From: Gemmatimonadales bacterium
GTDB taxonomy: Bacteria; Gemmatimonadota; Gemmatimonadetes; Gemmatimonadales; GWC2-71-9
Direction: 5' to 3'
Assembly (NCBI GenBank): GCA_035505915.1
Contig: DATJQI010000078.1
Coordinates: 3,158-67,157, forward strand
DNA: 64,000 nt
Position 1 is the stretch's first letter. Each line of letters begins with the position of its first letter. The position numbers and the translations under genes were made by a program. Positions 36,620-45,954 of this stretch are shown here, piece after piece. The notes under the pieces were generated by a model, which was not told the DNA's origin, made no database searches, and worked only from the letters and a program-made list of their open reading frames with translations.

Positions 36620-39600
36620 TTCAGGTGGAATCGAGGCTCCGCGGGCGCGTCCACCGGCTGGGGAAGCACCTTGAGATAGGCGATCAGCGCGTCGAGGTCG
36701 GTCAGGCCGACGCTCGCGGACGGAAGCCCCTTCAGCATCGCGTACCCCGACCCGCCGGCCGCCAGGAAGTCGCTCACGACGAGCGTGTAGCTCGCCTTGG
36801 GGTCGATCTTCCGCCCGTTGGTGAGCTTGGTGCGCGTGATCCGGCGGCCGGCCGGGCGACGGGCGTCGTACCACACCTCGACGCCGCCCACCTGCGCGCG
36901 CGCCTCTCCCCCACCGAGCGACCACTCCAGCGCGTCGAGAAGCGTGGTGCCCGGGACGGTGAGCCGGACCAGCTTGTTGCCGAACGGCTGGCACTGGAAC
37001 AGGTCCCCGTACGTGACCGCCCCGGCGGGCAGGTCGGCCCGGATGCCGCCGTTGTTCATGATGGAGACGTCGCCGCGGCCCATGTTGAGCTGGGCGTCCG
37101 CGATCAGGTGGCCGAGCGGGTACTCGTCGCCCTGGCGGGCGAGGGCGAAGCGGAGGGTCGCCACCGGTTGCCGGGTGACGGTGTCCACCTTGGCCTGCGC
37201 CCGGGCCACGAGCACCGCCAGTCCGGTGTCAGGCCGGACCTGGTCCGCGTAGTCGTCGATCACCTGCGTGCGGACGTTGCAGCACCGCCCCCCGGACCGG
37301 ATGAAGTCCACGACGGCGATGTCGCGTCCCGACGACGCGGCCTCGACGATCGGGATGCCGTTGACCCGGGTGTTGATCCGGACGTGCGTGTGACCCGCCA
37401 CGATCAGGTCCACCGACCCGGAGTCGAGCGCGCGCGCCAGGTCCACGATGTCCCCGTGACAGGCCCCGGAATCGCAGAACGCGCCTTCGTGGGCCAGCAC
37501 GATCACGAAGTTGCCGGCGGCGCGGGCGGCGGGCAGCTCGCGCTTCACCGCCGCCGCCAGAGGCCCGAAGGTCAGGCCCGCGACGTTCCGCGGCTCGGTG
37601 GTGGTCGGCGTGGACGTCGTCGTGAGTCCCAGGACGACGACCTTGAGCCCGCCGCGCGAGATGATGGTCCAGGGATCGAGCCACGCGGGCCGCGCCCCGC
37701 TCGCGTCGGTGATGTTGGCCGACAGGAAGGGATAGTTGGCCTCCGCCATCCGGGCCCGGAGCGTGTCGATCGACCAATCGAACTCGTGATTGCCGATGGC
37801 GGCGGCATCGATCCCCAGCCGGTTGAAGGCCGCGATGACGGGACGGCCGAACGCGAAGTTCGAGATCGGCGTGCCCTGCATCTCGTCCCCGCCGTCCAGC
37901 CGCACCGTGGTGCAGCCGCAGTCGGCGGCGAGGGAATCGAACCAGGTCTTGAGGGCGGCCACGCCTCCCACCGGACGCCCCTTGGACCAGTCCCAGGTCC
38001 GCGCGGCGAGAGCGCCGTGGAGGTCGGTGATGGCGAGGACGCGGAGCATCGTGCTGTCGGCGTCGCTCACCGATCCCGCCGCCGGCGCGAACACGGCGCG
38101 CACCGCGGCGGCGGCCGGAGGAAGAATCGACCAGTTCCGGACGAAATACGCGGCCGGGGTGAGGTTCCCCACGCGCCTGATCTCGGCGCCCAGGAGCCCC
38201 CGGATGTCCTCGTTGCGGTCGTAGACCACGCGGGCGCCCTTCAGCATGTCGTACCCGCCGCCCCCCGCGGCCCGGTAGCTGGACAGGGCGATGGTGAAGG
38301 AATCGACTCCCGTGACCGGCCTTCCCTTATAGAGGAGGCCGCGGATCCGCTGCCCCTCCGGCTGCGTCAAGTCGATCTGATAGTCCACGCCCGAGACCGC
38401 ATCGAACGAGCCGCCCGGCACCGCCGCGTTGATCACCGACTGCCCGGGCGCATAGGTCCGGTAGTAACGCGTGCTGCGCTCCAGGTACTCCTTGAGCTGC
38501 CGGCCGCTGATGCGCACGGCGACGAGCGTGTTGTCGTACGGGTAGACGGCCGCGAGGTCCCGCTCGTGCACTTCCCCGGAGAGCGAGACCCCCGGGTCCT
38601 CGAGGGAGGCGGCCGAGAGATCCGCGCCGGCGCGCCGGCGCTGCACCTCGTTGATGAAGTCGAGGAGCGGGGTGTCCTCGGCCCGGGCGTAGCGGCCGTC
38701 GAAGCCCGCGTCACCGGTCCCGATGGTCCCCGAAGCCCAGCTGCGGACCCGGTCGTGCGCCGGCGTCTCGCGCCGAACGAATGAGGGGAGCTCGGAAACC
38801 CCGGTCAGCGGGATGAGGTCGGCGCGGAGATGGTCCAGCGCCCATTTCCCGTTCACCCGCCGGAACCACACGTGGACCACGGATACGCTGCGCGCCCAGG
38901 GTCCGGGCTGGACGAAATGCACGCCGCCGATGACGGTGTCGCGCACCTCGCGATGGGTGTGGCCGAAGACCACGAGATCGGGCTTCGACGGGAGACCGGC
39001 GAGCACGGCCGCGTCGTTCTCGGGGCCGACCCCGGTGGTGTCGTAGTTCGACGGGTCGCCCAGCCCCGCGTGCACCAGCACCAGCTTGAAATCGACGCCC
39101 TGGCGGTCGAGAGCGGCGAGCGCGCCCGGCGCCGCCTGCGCGATGGGCACCACCTTGATCTTCCCCGTGACGTTCGCGCGTTCCCACACCATCACCCCCG
39201 GCGTCGTGAACCCGGTGATGCCCACCCGGACGCCGCCCCGGCTCACCACCGTGGTGGGCGGGAAGAGGGGAACGTCCGAGCGCTCCACCTGGGTCGCCGG
39301 GACGAGCACGTTGGCCGAGACGTACTGGAAGGTGGCGTCGGCGATGTCGGTCTTGAGGGCGTCGACCCCGAACGTGAATTCGTGATTCCCGGGAGTGGCG
39401 GCGTCGTAGTTGAGGGCGTTGAGCGCATCCACGATCGGGTTGGGGCGGGCCGGGGCCACGCGCCCGAAGTACGTGGCGAAGGGATTGCCTTCGATCAGGT
39501 CGCCGGCGTCCACGACGATCACCTGCCCCGGATACTGGGTCCGGAGGGTCGACAGAATGGTGGCAACCCGGGACAGGCCGCCCGGCGCTTCGACGTCGCG

Positions 39601-39747
39601 GGCGTCATCCCAGCCCAGCACCCGGCCGTGCACGTCCGTGGTCGCGACGATCACCAGGTGCGCGCTGTCGGGTCCGGCGGGAGCGGGCGTCGCGGGCTTG
39701 GCGGGGGTGGCCTGCAGCAGAAGGAACAGCGCACCGATTGGGGTCAT
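36616..39747 (-). CDS. Secreted tandem (duplicated) metallophosphoesterase / 5'-nucleotidase
   Basis: 1043 aa. Signal peptide. Two complete units, each with TTDVHG/ITDLHG, GNHEF and GHTH metallophosphatase motifs plus a 5'-nucleotidase C-terminal domain. Confidence 0.85.
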   Translation of the reverse strand: MTPIGALFLLLQATPAKPATPAPAGPDSAHLVIVATTDVHGRVLGWDDARDVEAPGGLSRVATILSTLRTQYPGQVIVVDAGDLIEGNPFATYFGRVAPARPNPIVDALNALNYDAATPGNHEFTFGVDALKTDIADATFQYVSANVLVPATQVERSDVPLFPPTTVVSRGGVRVGITGFTTPGVMVWERANVTGKIKVVPIAQAAPGALAALDRQGVDFKLVLVHAGLGDPSNYDTTGVGPENDAAVLAGLPSKPDLVVFGHTHREVRDTVIGGVHFVQPGPWARSVSVVHVWFRRVNGKWALDHLRADLIPLTGVSELPSFVRRETPAHDRVRSWASGTIGTGDAGFDGRYARAEDTPLLDFINEVQRRRAGADLSAASLEDPGVSLSGEVHERDLAAVYPYDNTLVAVRISGRQLKEYLERSTRYYRTYAPGQSVINAAVPGGSFDAVSGVDYQIDLTQPEGQRIRGLLYKGRPVTGVDSFTIALSSYRAAGGGGYDMLKGARVVYDRNEDIRGLLGAEIRRVGNLTPAAYFVRNWSILPPAAAAVRAVFAPAAGSVSDADSTMLRVLAITDLHGALAARTWDWSKGRPVGGVAALKTWFDSLAADCGCTTVRLDGGDEMQGTPISNFAFGRPVIAAFNRLGIDAAAIGNHEFDWSIDTLRARMAEANYPFLSANITDASGARPAWLDPWTIISRGGLKVVVLGLTTTSTPTTTEPRNVAGLTFGPLAAAVKRELPAARAAGNFVIVLAHEGAFCDSGACHGDIVDLARALDSGSVDLIVAGHTHVRINTRVNGIPIVEAASSGRDIAVVDFIRSGGRCCNVRTQVIDDYADQVRPDTGLAVLVARAQAKVDTVTRQPVATLRFALARQGDEYPLGHLIADAQLNMGRGDVSIMNNGGIRADLPAGAVTYGDLFQCQPFGNKLVRLTVPGTTLLDALEWSLGGGEARAQVGGVEVWYDARRPAGRRITRTKLTNGRKIDPKASYTLVVSDFLAAGGSGYAMLKGLPSASVGLTDLDALIAYLKVLPQPVDAPAEPRFHLN

Positions 39748-39801
39748 AGTGCGCTCAAAATTGCCAAGCGTGCGCGCTTCGCGCTACCTTCCCGCTTCCA
39801 C

Positions 39802-40692
39802 ATGTGGGCCGCCCTGCTGCTCGCCCTGCGCCTCGCCCTCCCGCAGGACAGCGCCGTGCTCCTGATCCGGGTGCTCGACGTGTCCGACGCGCGCATCGGC
39901 GGCGACGCGATCCTCATCACCGATTCCGCCGGCGGCGCGGCGCGGCACATCCTGATCGACGCGAGCGACCGGCCGGGACGCGTGGTCCGGGCGCTGGCCC
40001 GCTACCACGTGGACACGCTCGCCGCGCTCGTGCTCTCGCACCCGCACGCGGATCATTACGGCGGCATGCCCGGCGTGCTCGCCGCGGTCCCCGTGCGATC
40101 GTTCATCTACGGGGGGACCCCGCACACGGCGGTCACCTACCGGCGGCTCCTCGACGCCGTCGCCCGACGTCACATTCCGGTAACGACCGTCGACACGGGC
40201 GTCCGGACGGTGCGACTTTTGACGGGCGGCGACACGGTCACCCTGACGGTGCTGGCCCCGCCTCCCGCCTGCCGGGCCCTCGCATCGGACGCCGGCACCG
40301 CGATCAACGACTGCTCCATCGGCGTGCGGATCGCGCGCGGCGGGTTCTGCATGCTCTTGCCGGGAGACGCGGAAGCGGACGAAGAGCGGTGGTGGACCGG
40401 AACCCGCCGCGATCTCCTGCGGGCCGATATCTTGAAGGCCGGGCATCACGGGTCCGACAACGCCACCGACGGCGCGTGGCTCGACGTGGTGCGGCCGCGG
40501 ACCGTGATCATCAGCGCGAACGGGCGGCAGCACCCGTTCGCGGACGTGCTGCAGCTCCTGCGGGCGCGGTCGCTCGCCACCTACTGCACCGCGGATGACG
40601 GGACCGTCACCGTCCGGGTTCCGCGCGGCGCGGCGGGGACGGTCACGGCGGAGCGGCAGCGGCCCTGCCACGCACGCACCGAGTCCCACTGA
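39802..40692 (+). CDS. MBL-fold metallo-hydrolase (ComEC C-terminal-like), secreted
   Basis: Uses only the last 296 codons of track ORF 38830-40692. ILIDAS...LVLSHPHADHYGG...KAGHHGS. Confidence 0.75.
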   Translation: MWAALLLALRLALPQDSAVLLIRVLDVSDARIGGDAILITDSAGGAARHILIDASDRPGRVVRALARYHVDTLAALVLSHPHADHYGGMPGVLAAVPVRSFIYGGTPHTAVTYRRLLDAVARRHIPVTTVDTGVRTVRLLTGGDTVTLTVLAPPPACRALASDAGTAINDCSIGVRIARGGFCMLLPGDAEADEERWWTGTRRDLLRADILKAGHHGSDNATDGAWLDVVRPRTVIISANGRQHPFADVLQLLRARSLATYCTADDGTVTVRVPRGAAGTVTAERQRPCHARTESH

Positions 40693-40699
40693 GGAGAGG

Positions 40700-40981
40700 A
40701 TGTCGATGACCGAGCGTCATCGCTGGATCGTCGACCGGTACGAGGGAGCCCTCGCCGTGGTGGAGTCTGACGGGTCCGGCACCCTGGACCTGCCCCGCTG
40801 GCTGCTCCCGTCCGGCACCCGGAGCGACGACGTCCTGGCCGTCACGGTCGAGGCCGGACCGGAGCACACGGTGATCACGGTGACCCGTGACCCGGCGGCG
40901 ACCGGCGCCGCCCGCGACGCCGCCCGCGCCGCCATCGAACGCCTGCGGGGCTCGGACCCCGGAGGAGACGTGACCCTGTGA
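40700..40981 (+). CDS. DUF3006-like small protein
   Basis: RBS GAGGAGAGG. ...WIVDRYEGALAVVESDGSGTLDLPRWLLPSGTRSDDVL... Typical partner of ComEC-like MBL genes. Confidence 0.6.
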   Translation: MSMTERHRWIVDRYEGALAVVESDGSGTLDLPRWLLPSGTRSDDVLAVTVEAGPEHTVITVTRDPAATGAARDAARAAIERLRGSDPGGDVTL

Positions 40982-41700
40982 ACCTGTCCGCGCGTGTCCT
41001 GGTGGTGGACGACGAGCCCGACATCACCGCGCTCGTGGCGTATCACCTCGCCAAGGCCGGGTACCGGGTGAGTACCGCCGCCTCCGGCATCGAGGCCCTC
41101 AACGCCGTCCGCGAGGAGCGCCCGGACCTCGTGGTGCTCGATCTCATGCTTCCGGGCCGGTCGGGATTCGACGTCCTGTCGGACCTCCGCACCCGCCCCG
41201 AGACCAAGGATGTGGGCGTGGTGCTGCTCACCGCGAAGAAGGACGAGCCCGACCGCATCAAGGGCCTGTCGCTCGGCGCCGACGACTATCTCGCCAAGCC
41301 GTTCTCACCGCAGGAGCTCGTGCTGCGCGTGGGCGCCGTGCTGCGCCGCCTGACCGCGCCCGCCGTGAGCGCGGGCGGCGTGCTGGCGGCCGGGCCGGTC
41401 CGCCTCGACGTCGCGGCGCACAAGGCCGAAGTCGACGGCCACCCCGTGGATCTGACCGCCACCGAGTTCCGTCTCTTGCGACTCCTCATCGAGCGGGAAG
41501 GGCGGGTGCAGGACCGCACGCAGCTGCTCGAAACGGTGTGGCGGGCGCAGCCCGACATCCAGACGCGCACCGTCGACATGCACGTCCAGCGGCTCCGCAC
41601 CAAGCTCGGCCACGCCGGCCCGTGCATCGAGACGGTCCGGGGGGTCGGGTACCGCTTCCGGACCCCCACGCCCCACCCCGCCCGCGGCAAGAAGCGCTGA
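40978..41700 (+). CDS. phoB: OmpR/PhoB-family response regulator
   Basis: VLVVDDEPDI...DLVVLDLMLPGRSG...ADDYLAKPF. Winged helix LTATEFRLLRLL...TVDMHVQRLRTKL...VRGVGYRF. GTGA overlap upstream. Confidence 0.75.
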   Translation: MNLSARVLVVDDEPDITALVAYHLAKAGYRVSTAASGIEALNAVREERPDLVVLDLMLPGRSGFDVLSDLRTRPETKDVGVVLLTAKKDEPDRIKGLSLGADDYLAKPFSPQELVLRVGAVLRRLTAPAVSAGGVLAAGPVRLDVAAHKAEVDGHPVDLTATEFRLLRLLIEREGRVQDRTQLLETVWRAQPDIQTRTVDMHVQRLRTKLGHAGPCIETVRGVGYRFRTPTPHPARGKKR

Positions 41701-43430
41701 TGCGGCTGGCCACGCGCTTCTTCCTCGCCACCGGGGTGCTGGTCACGATCACGGTGGCGATTCTCGTCATCGCGGCCGACGGCGTCGTCCATCGCCAGCT
41801 CCTGGCGGAAGCCGAAGCGGCCCTGGAGCGCGAGGCGCGGCTCGTGGCCAACGAGGTGCCGCCCGATTCGACGCAGTGGTCGCAGGCGGCCCACCGCCTG
41901 GGCGGGCTCATCGGCCGGCGCGTCACGCTCATCGATCCGACCGGGCGGGTCCGAGGCGACGCCGAGTTCCCCCCGGAAGCGCTGCCGCACCTGGAGAACC
42001 ACCTCTCGCGCCCTGAAGTGCAGCAGGCCCTGGCCGAGGGACGCGGGAGCTACGAGCGGCTGTCGGCGTCCACCAACGAACGGCAGCTCTACGTGGCGGT
42101 CCGCGGCGGCCCCCGGGGACTCGCGGTCGTCCGCGTGTCCGCGCCGCTCGCCACGCTGGACGCGGCGGCCTCGGAAACCGACCAGGTCTTCGTGGTGTGG
42201 GGACTCGTGGCGCTGCTCGGCGCCACGCTCGCCGCCTGGCTGCTGGGACGCCGGACGGCCGCTCCGATCGTCGCCCTGGCCGCCGCCACCCGCGCGATCG
42301 CGGCCGACGGGGAGCCGGCGTTCCCCGAAAGCCGGGTGCGCGAGGTGGCCGACCACATCCGCTCCCTGCGCGGCATGCAGGAAGACCTGCGGAGCCGATT
42401 CGCGGAGCTCCGCCGCGAGCGCGAGGAGTCCCGGACCCTGGTCGAGTCGATGACCGACGGCGTCATCGCCGCCGACGCGTCGGGACGGGTGGGGACCTGC
42501 AACGCGGCGGCGCGGCGGATGCTCGGCCGCGCGGGCGACGAGCCCATCCCCGAGCTGGCCCTGCTGTTCCACGAGAAGGTGTCGCGGGACTTCGTGCGCG
42601 ACGTGCTGGCGGGCCGTGAGGTGGACGAGCGGGAGCTCGTGGTCGGAGCCCGCGTGCTGCTGGGAACCGGCCGGACCCTGCCGGACGGCGGCACGCTCTT
42701 CGTGCTCCGGGACGTGACGGCGCTGCGCCGGCTCGAGACGGTGCGGCGGGATTTCGTCGCCAACGTGTCGCACGAGCTGAAGACCCCGCTGACCTCGATC
42801 GCGGGCTACGCGGAGACCATCGCGGCCGAGGCCGAGCCGGGATCTCCGGCGCGGAACTTCGCGGACACCATCCTCGCCAACGCCCGCCGGATGCACCGGC
42901 TGGTGGAAGACCTGCTCGACCTGTCGCGCATCGAGTCGGGGGGCTGGCGCCCGGCGCCGCGGGTCGTGGACCTGGCCGCGGCGGCGCGGGACGCCTGGAC
43001 CCCGTTCGCCGAGTCGGCCGCCGCGCGCGGAGTCCGTTTCGAGCCGGTCGTGCCGCCGGGAACCTCCGTGGCGGTGGATCCCGAGGCGCTGCGCCAGGTG
43101 TTCTCCAACCTCTTCGACAATTCCCTCCGGCACACGCCGCGGGGCGGCGCCATCGGCGTCTCGGCGGGCCCGGTCGGGGACGGCGTGGCGGTGGAGGTGA
43201 GGGACTCGGGCTCCGGCATTCCCCCGGAGCATCTGCCCCGCATCTTCGAGCGCTTCTACCGGGCGGATCCGGCCCGCTCCCGCGACCAGGGCGGGACCGG
43301 TCTGGGGTTGTCGATCGTGAAGCACCTCGTGGAAGCCCACGGCGGCCGCGTCGACGCCGAAAGCACGCCGGGCCAGGGCACCACCATTCGTTTCGTCCTT
43401 CCGCCGCCCCCCGCCGTTACACAGCCGTAG
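41700..43430 (+). CDS. phoR: PhoR-like sensor histidine kinase
   Basis: TGATG overlap with phoB. Two TM helices, PAS, SHELKTPLTSIAGYAE, FERFYRADPARSRDQGGTGLGLSIVKHLVEAHGG. Confidence 0.75.
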   Translation: MRLATRFFLATGVLVTITVAILVIAADGVVHRQLLAEAEAALEREARLVANEVPPDSTQWSQAAHRLGGLIGRRVTLIDPTGRVRGDAEFPPEALPHLENHLSRPEVQQALAEGRGSYERLSASTNERQLYVAVRGGPRGLAVVRVSAPLATLDAAASETDQVFVVWGLVALLGATLAAWLLGRRTAAPIVALAAATRAIAADGEPAFPESRVREVADHIRSLRGMQEDLRSRFAELRREREESRTLVESMTDGVIAADASGRVGTCNAAARRMLGRAGDEPIPELALLFHEKVSRDFVRDVLAGREVDERELVVGARVLLGTGRTLPDGGTLFVLRDVTALRRLETVRRDFVANVSHELKTPLTSIAGYAETIAAEAEPGSPARNFADTILANARRMHRLVEDLLDLSRIESGGWRPAPRVVDLAAAARDAWTPFAESAAARGVRFEPVVPPGTSVAVDPEALRQVFSNLFDNSLRHTPRGGAIGVSAGPVGDGVAVEVRDSGSGIPPEHLPRIFERFYRADPARSRDQGGTGLGLSIVKHLVEAHGGRVDAESTPGQGTTIRFVLPPPPAVTQP

Positions 43431-43444
43431 CACGGCGGTCACCC
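43416..43444 (+). promoter_or_regulatory. Candidate Pho box: GTTACAC / GTAGCAC / GTCACCC phased at 11 bp
   Basis: Heptamers start at 43416, 43427 and 43438. They span the phoR stop and lie upstream of the GT4 operon (start 43477). Confidence 0.5.
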
Positions 43445-43476
43445 CCGCTTGACGGCCGGCGCCGATCGTCATCGGC

Positions 43477-44625
43477 GTGCGAATCGCGCTGGTTTCGGAT
43501 ACGTATGCGCCGCAGGTGAACGGCGTCACGACGGTGCTTCGCCGGATTGTGCGAGCCGTCGGCGATGCCGGACACCTGGCGGCCATGGTGGCGCCCGCGT
43601 ATCCCGGAGGGCACCCCCCGGACCCACTTGAATTGCGGATTCCGTCGGTTCCGTTCCCGCCCTACCCCAGCATTCGCCTGTCGCTTCCGCTCTCACGCCG
43701 CATCAACCGGTTCCTCAACGACGTCCGTCCCGACGTGGTGCACGTCGCCACCGAGGGCCCCCTGGGCGTCGTGGGCCGCGCGTGGGCGCTGGCGAACGAC
43801 GTGCCCCTGGTCACGTCCTTTCACACCGACTTCCCGCGCTACGCCCGCGACTATCACGCCGGCGTGCTCGAGCCGGCGGTCTGGAAGTGGCTGGCGTGGT
43901 TTCACCGGCCCGCCCGGTTGACCCACACCCCCGGGGACGGGACCCGCGCCGAGCTCCTGGCGCACGGCATCGGGCACGCGGTGGTCTGGGGACGCGGCGT
44001 CGACACGACGCACTTCAATCCCGGTCGGCGGGCCGCGTCCTGCCGCCGGTGGCTGGCCGGCGGCGACGACACCGTGATCGTGGTGCACGTCGGACGCCTC
44101 GCTCCCGAGAAGAACCTGGACGTCCTCGCCGAGGCCTGGCGGATGGCCCGGGCGGCCCTCGGCCAGCGGGTGTCCTTCGCCCTCGCGGGCGACGGCCCCT
44201 TGTCCCGCCGGCTGCACGCGCGGCTGCCGTGGGCGCGGCAGATCGGCTTCGTGGACCGCGACACCCTGGCGATGCTCTACGCGAGCGCCGACTTGTGCGT
44301 CCTGCCGTCCCGCACCGAGACCTGCGGGCTCGTGGCCCTCGAAGCCATGGCGTCCGGCATCCCGGTGGTCGCCGCCGACGCGGGCGGGCTGAAGGAGAGC
44401 GTGCGGCACGGCCAGACCGGTCTGCTGGTGCCTCCCGACGATCCGCACGCGTACGTCGACGCGATCGTCGACCTGGTGGTCCACCCCTTCGAGCGGCGGG
44501 AGTACGGCGCCGCCGCCCGGCGCGCCGCGCTCGAGCGCGATGTGCGTCCCGAAGACGTCGAGCTCCTGGCCCAATACGCCGCGGTGAGCGGCCAACCGGG
44601 GAGTTCCGAATCGTGCGCCGCGTAA
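43477..44625 (+). CDS. GT4-family (GT-B) glycosyltransferase
   Basis: MRIALVSDTYAPQVNGVTTVLRRIV...GRLAPEKN...PSRTETCGLVALEAMASGIPVVA. Confidence 0.8.
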   Translation: MRIALVSDTYAPQVNGVTTVLRRIVRAVGDAGHLAAMVAPAYPGGHPPDPLELRIPSVPFPPYPSIRLSLPLSRRINRFLNDVRPDVVHVATEGPLGVVGRAWALANDVPLVTSFHTDFPRYARDYHAGVLEPAVWKWLAWFHRPARLTHTPGDGTRAELLAHGIGHAVVWGRGVDTTHFNPGRRAASCRRWLAGGDDTVIVVHVGRLAPEKNLDVLAEAWRMARAALGQRVSFALAGDGPLSRRLHARLPWARQIGFVDRDTLAMLYASADLCVLPSRTETCGLVALEAMASGIPVVAADAGGLKESVRHGQTGLLVPPDDPHAYVDAIVDLVVHPFERREYGAAARRAALERDVRPEDVELLAQYAAVSGQPGSSESCAA

Positions 44626-45440
44626 TCCTGGTTCTGATCGACGGGCTCCGGCCCGATGCCATCACGCCGAGCGTGATGCCTTCGCTCGACGCGTTCGCCC
44701 ACACCTACACGCTCGCGCTGCGGGCCACCACGGTCCGGCCCAGCACGACGGTCGCGGCCCTCGCCTCCCTCGCCACCGGCGTCGGACCGGCCAACCACCG
44801 GCTGGTGGAGCCGGGACTCGGATTTCTCGGCAAGCTCGGCGCCCTGCGCCCCGTGGCCCGCGAGCTGGCGAAAGGCGGAGTCCCGACGGACGTCGTGAGC
44901 GGCGAGCTCGCGCGCGGCGCCTGGCCGGTGGCGCAGGCCCTGGCCGCGGCGGCGGGCGTGCGGCGCGTGATACCGGGAGGCCGGACTCCTCTCGACGCCG
45001 CGGCGGCGGCGAGCCAGATCCTGCTCGCGGGCGAGGAGCAGGCGGTGTTCGTCTATCTGCCCGACTGCGACCGGGCCGGCCACGCCTACGGATGGATGTC
45101 TCCCGAGTACCTGAAAGCCGCGGCGGCGATCGACGTCGCGGTGGGCCGCCTCAGCGGCTGGGTGGACGAGGCCCTCATCCTGTTCCTCGCCGATCACGGG
45201 GGTGGCGGCGTCCGTCCCGAGGATCACGACGAGCCCCACCCGGTCAACGACCATATCCCGATCATCATCGGGGGCGTCGGCGCGACGCGCCGGCACCAGC
45301 TCACCCGCCCGGTCTCCATTCTCGACGTGCCGGCCACGCTCCTCTGGTGGTACAGCCGCCCCATTCCGCCCTCGTACGAAGGCCGGCCGCTGGCCGAGGC
45401 CTTGAGCCAGCCGGCCCGGCCCGTGGAGGTCCTCGCCTGA
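44613..45440 (+). CDS. Alkaline-phosphatase-superfamily type I phosphodiesterase / nucleotide pyrophosphatase-like enzyme
   Basis: VILVLIDGLRPDA...RPSTTVAALASLATG...DCDRAGHAYG...LADHGG. GTG 44613 overlaps the GT4 gene by 13 nt. Confidence 0.7.
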   Translation: MRRVILVLIDGLRPDAITPSVMPSLDAFAHTYTLALRATTVRPSTTVAALASLATGVGPANHRLVEPGLGFLGKLGALRPVARELAKGGVPTDVVSGELARGAWPVAQALAAAAGVRRVIPGGRTPLDAAAAASQILLAGEEQAVFVYLPDCDRAGHAYGWMSPEYLKAAAAIDVAVGRLSGWVDEALILFLADHGGGGVRPEDHDEPHPVNDHIPIIIGGVGATRRHQLTRPVSILDVPATLLWWYSRPIPPSYEGRPLAEALSQPARPVEVLA

Positions 45441-45865
45441 GCCGTTGGCTCACGCACCTGGGCGGCGCCCGGGTCACCCTGGGCGTGGGGCTCGTGCTGA
45501 TCGCCTTCACCCGGGAACGGCACCTCGGCGTCGTCGTGCTCGTGGCCAACGCGGCCTCTCATCTCGCGGTGCAGGTGCTGAAACGGACGGTGGCGCGGCG
45601 GCGTCCCTGCGACGTCCACGGTGTCCCCCTCGCACTCGTCGACCTCCCCGATCCTTACTCCTTCCCTTCGGGCCACGCGGCCGCCGTCACCGCGGTCGCG
45701 ACCTCCATTTCCCTCGCCCACCCGGCGCTGTCTCCCCCACTCCTCGCGCTGGCGGCCCTCGTCGCCCACTCGCGCGTGTCCCTGCGGGTGCACCACCCCG
45801 GAGACGTCGTGGCCGGAGCGGTGCTCGGTGCAACGGGAGCGATCACCGCGGCGGCGCTCCTGTAG
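45437..45865 (+). CDS. PAP2-family membrane phosphatase
   Basis: KRTVARRRP...PSGHAAAVTA...SRVSLRVHHPGDVVAG. The only start adjacent to the upstream stop is CTG 45437 (CTGA overlap). The next GTG would cut the first TM helix. Confidence 0.7.
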   Translation: MSRWLTHLGGARVTLGVGLVLIAFTRERHLGVVVLVANAASHLAVQVLKRTVARRRPCDVHGVPLALVDLPDPYSFPSGHAAAVTAVATSISLAHPALSPPLLALAALVAHSRVSLRVHHPGDVVAGAVLGATGAITAAALL

Positions 45866-45906
45866 ATCCGGTTTCGCCAAGTGTCTGCGGGACAGGCTGT
45901 TGCCAC

Positions 45907-45924
45907 GTTGCACGCCCGTGACGT
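45907..45924 (+). promoter_or_regulatory. Candidate Pho box: GTTGCAC-N4-GTGACGT upstream of ppx
   Basis: 11-bp phasing. A -10-like TAATTT at 45933-45938. ppx ATG at 45955. Confidence 0.4.
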
Positions 45925-45954
45925 ATTCGGGCTAATTTCCGTCACGAGCGAGCG

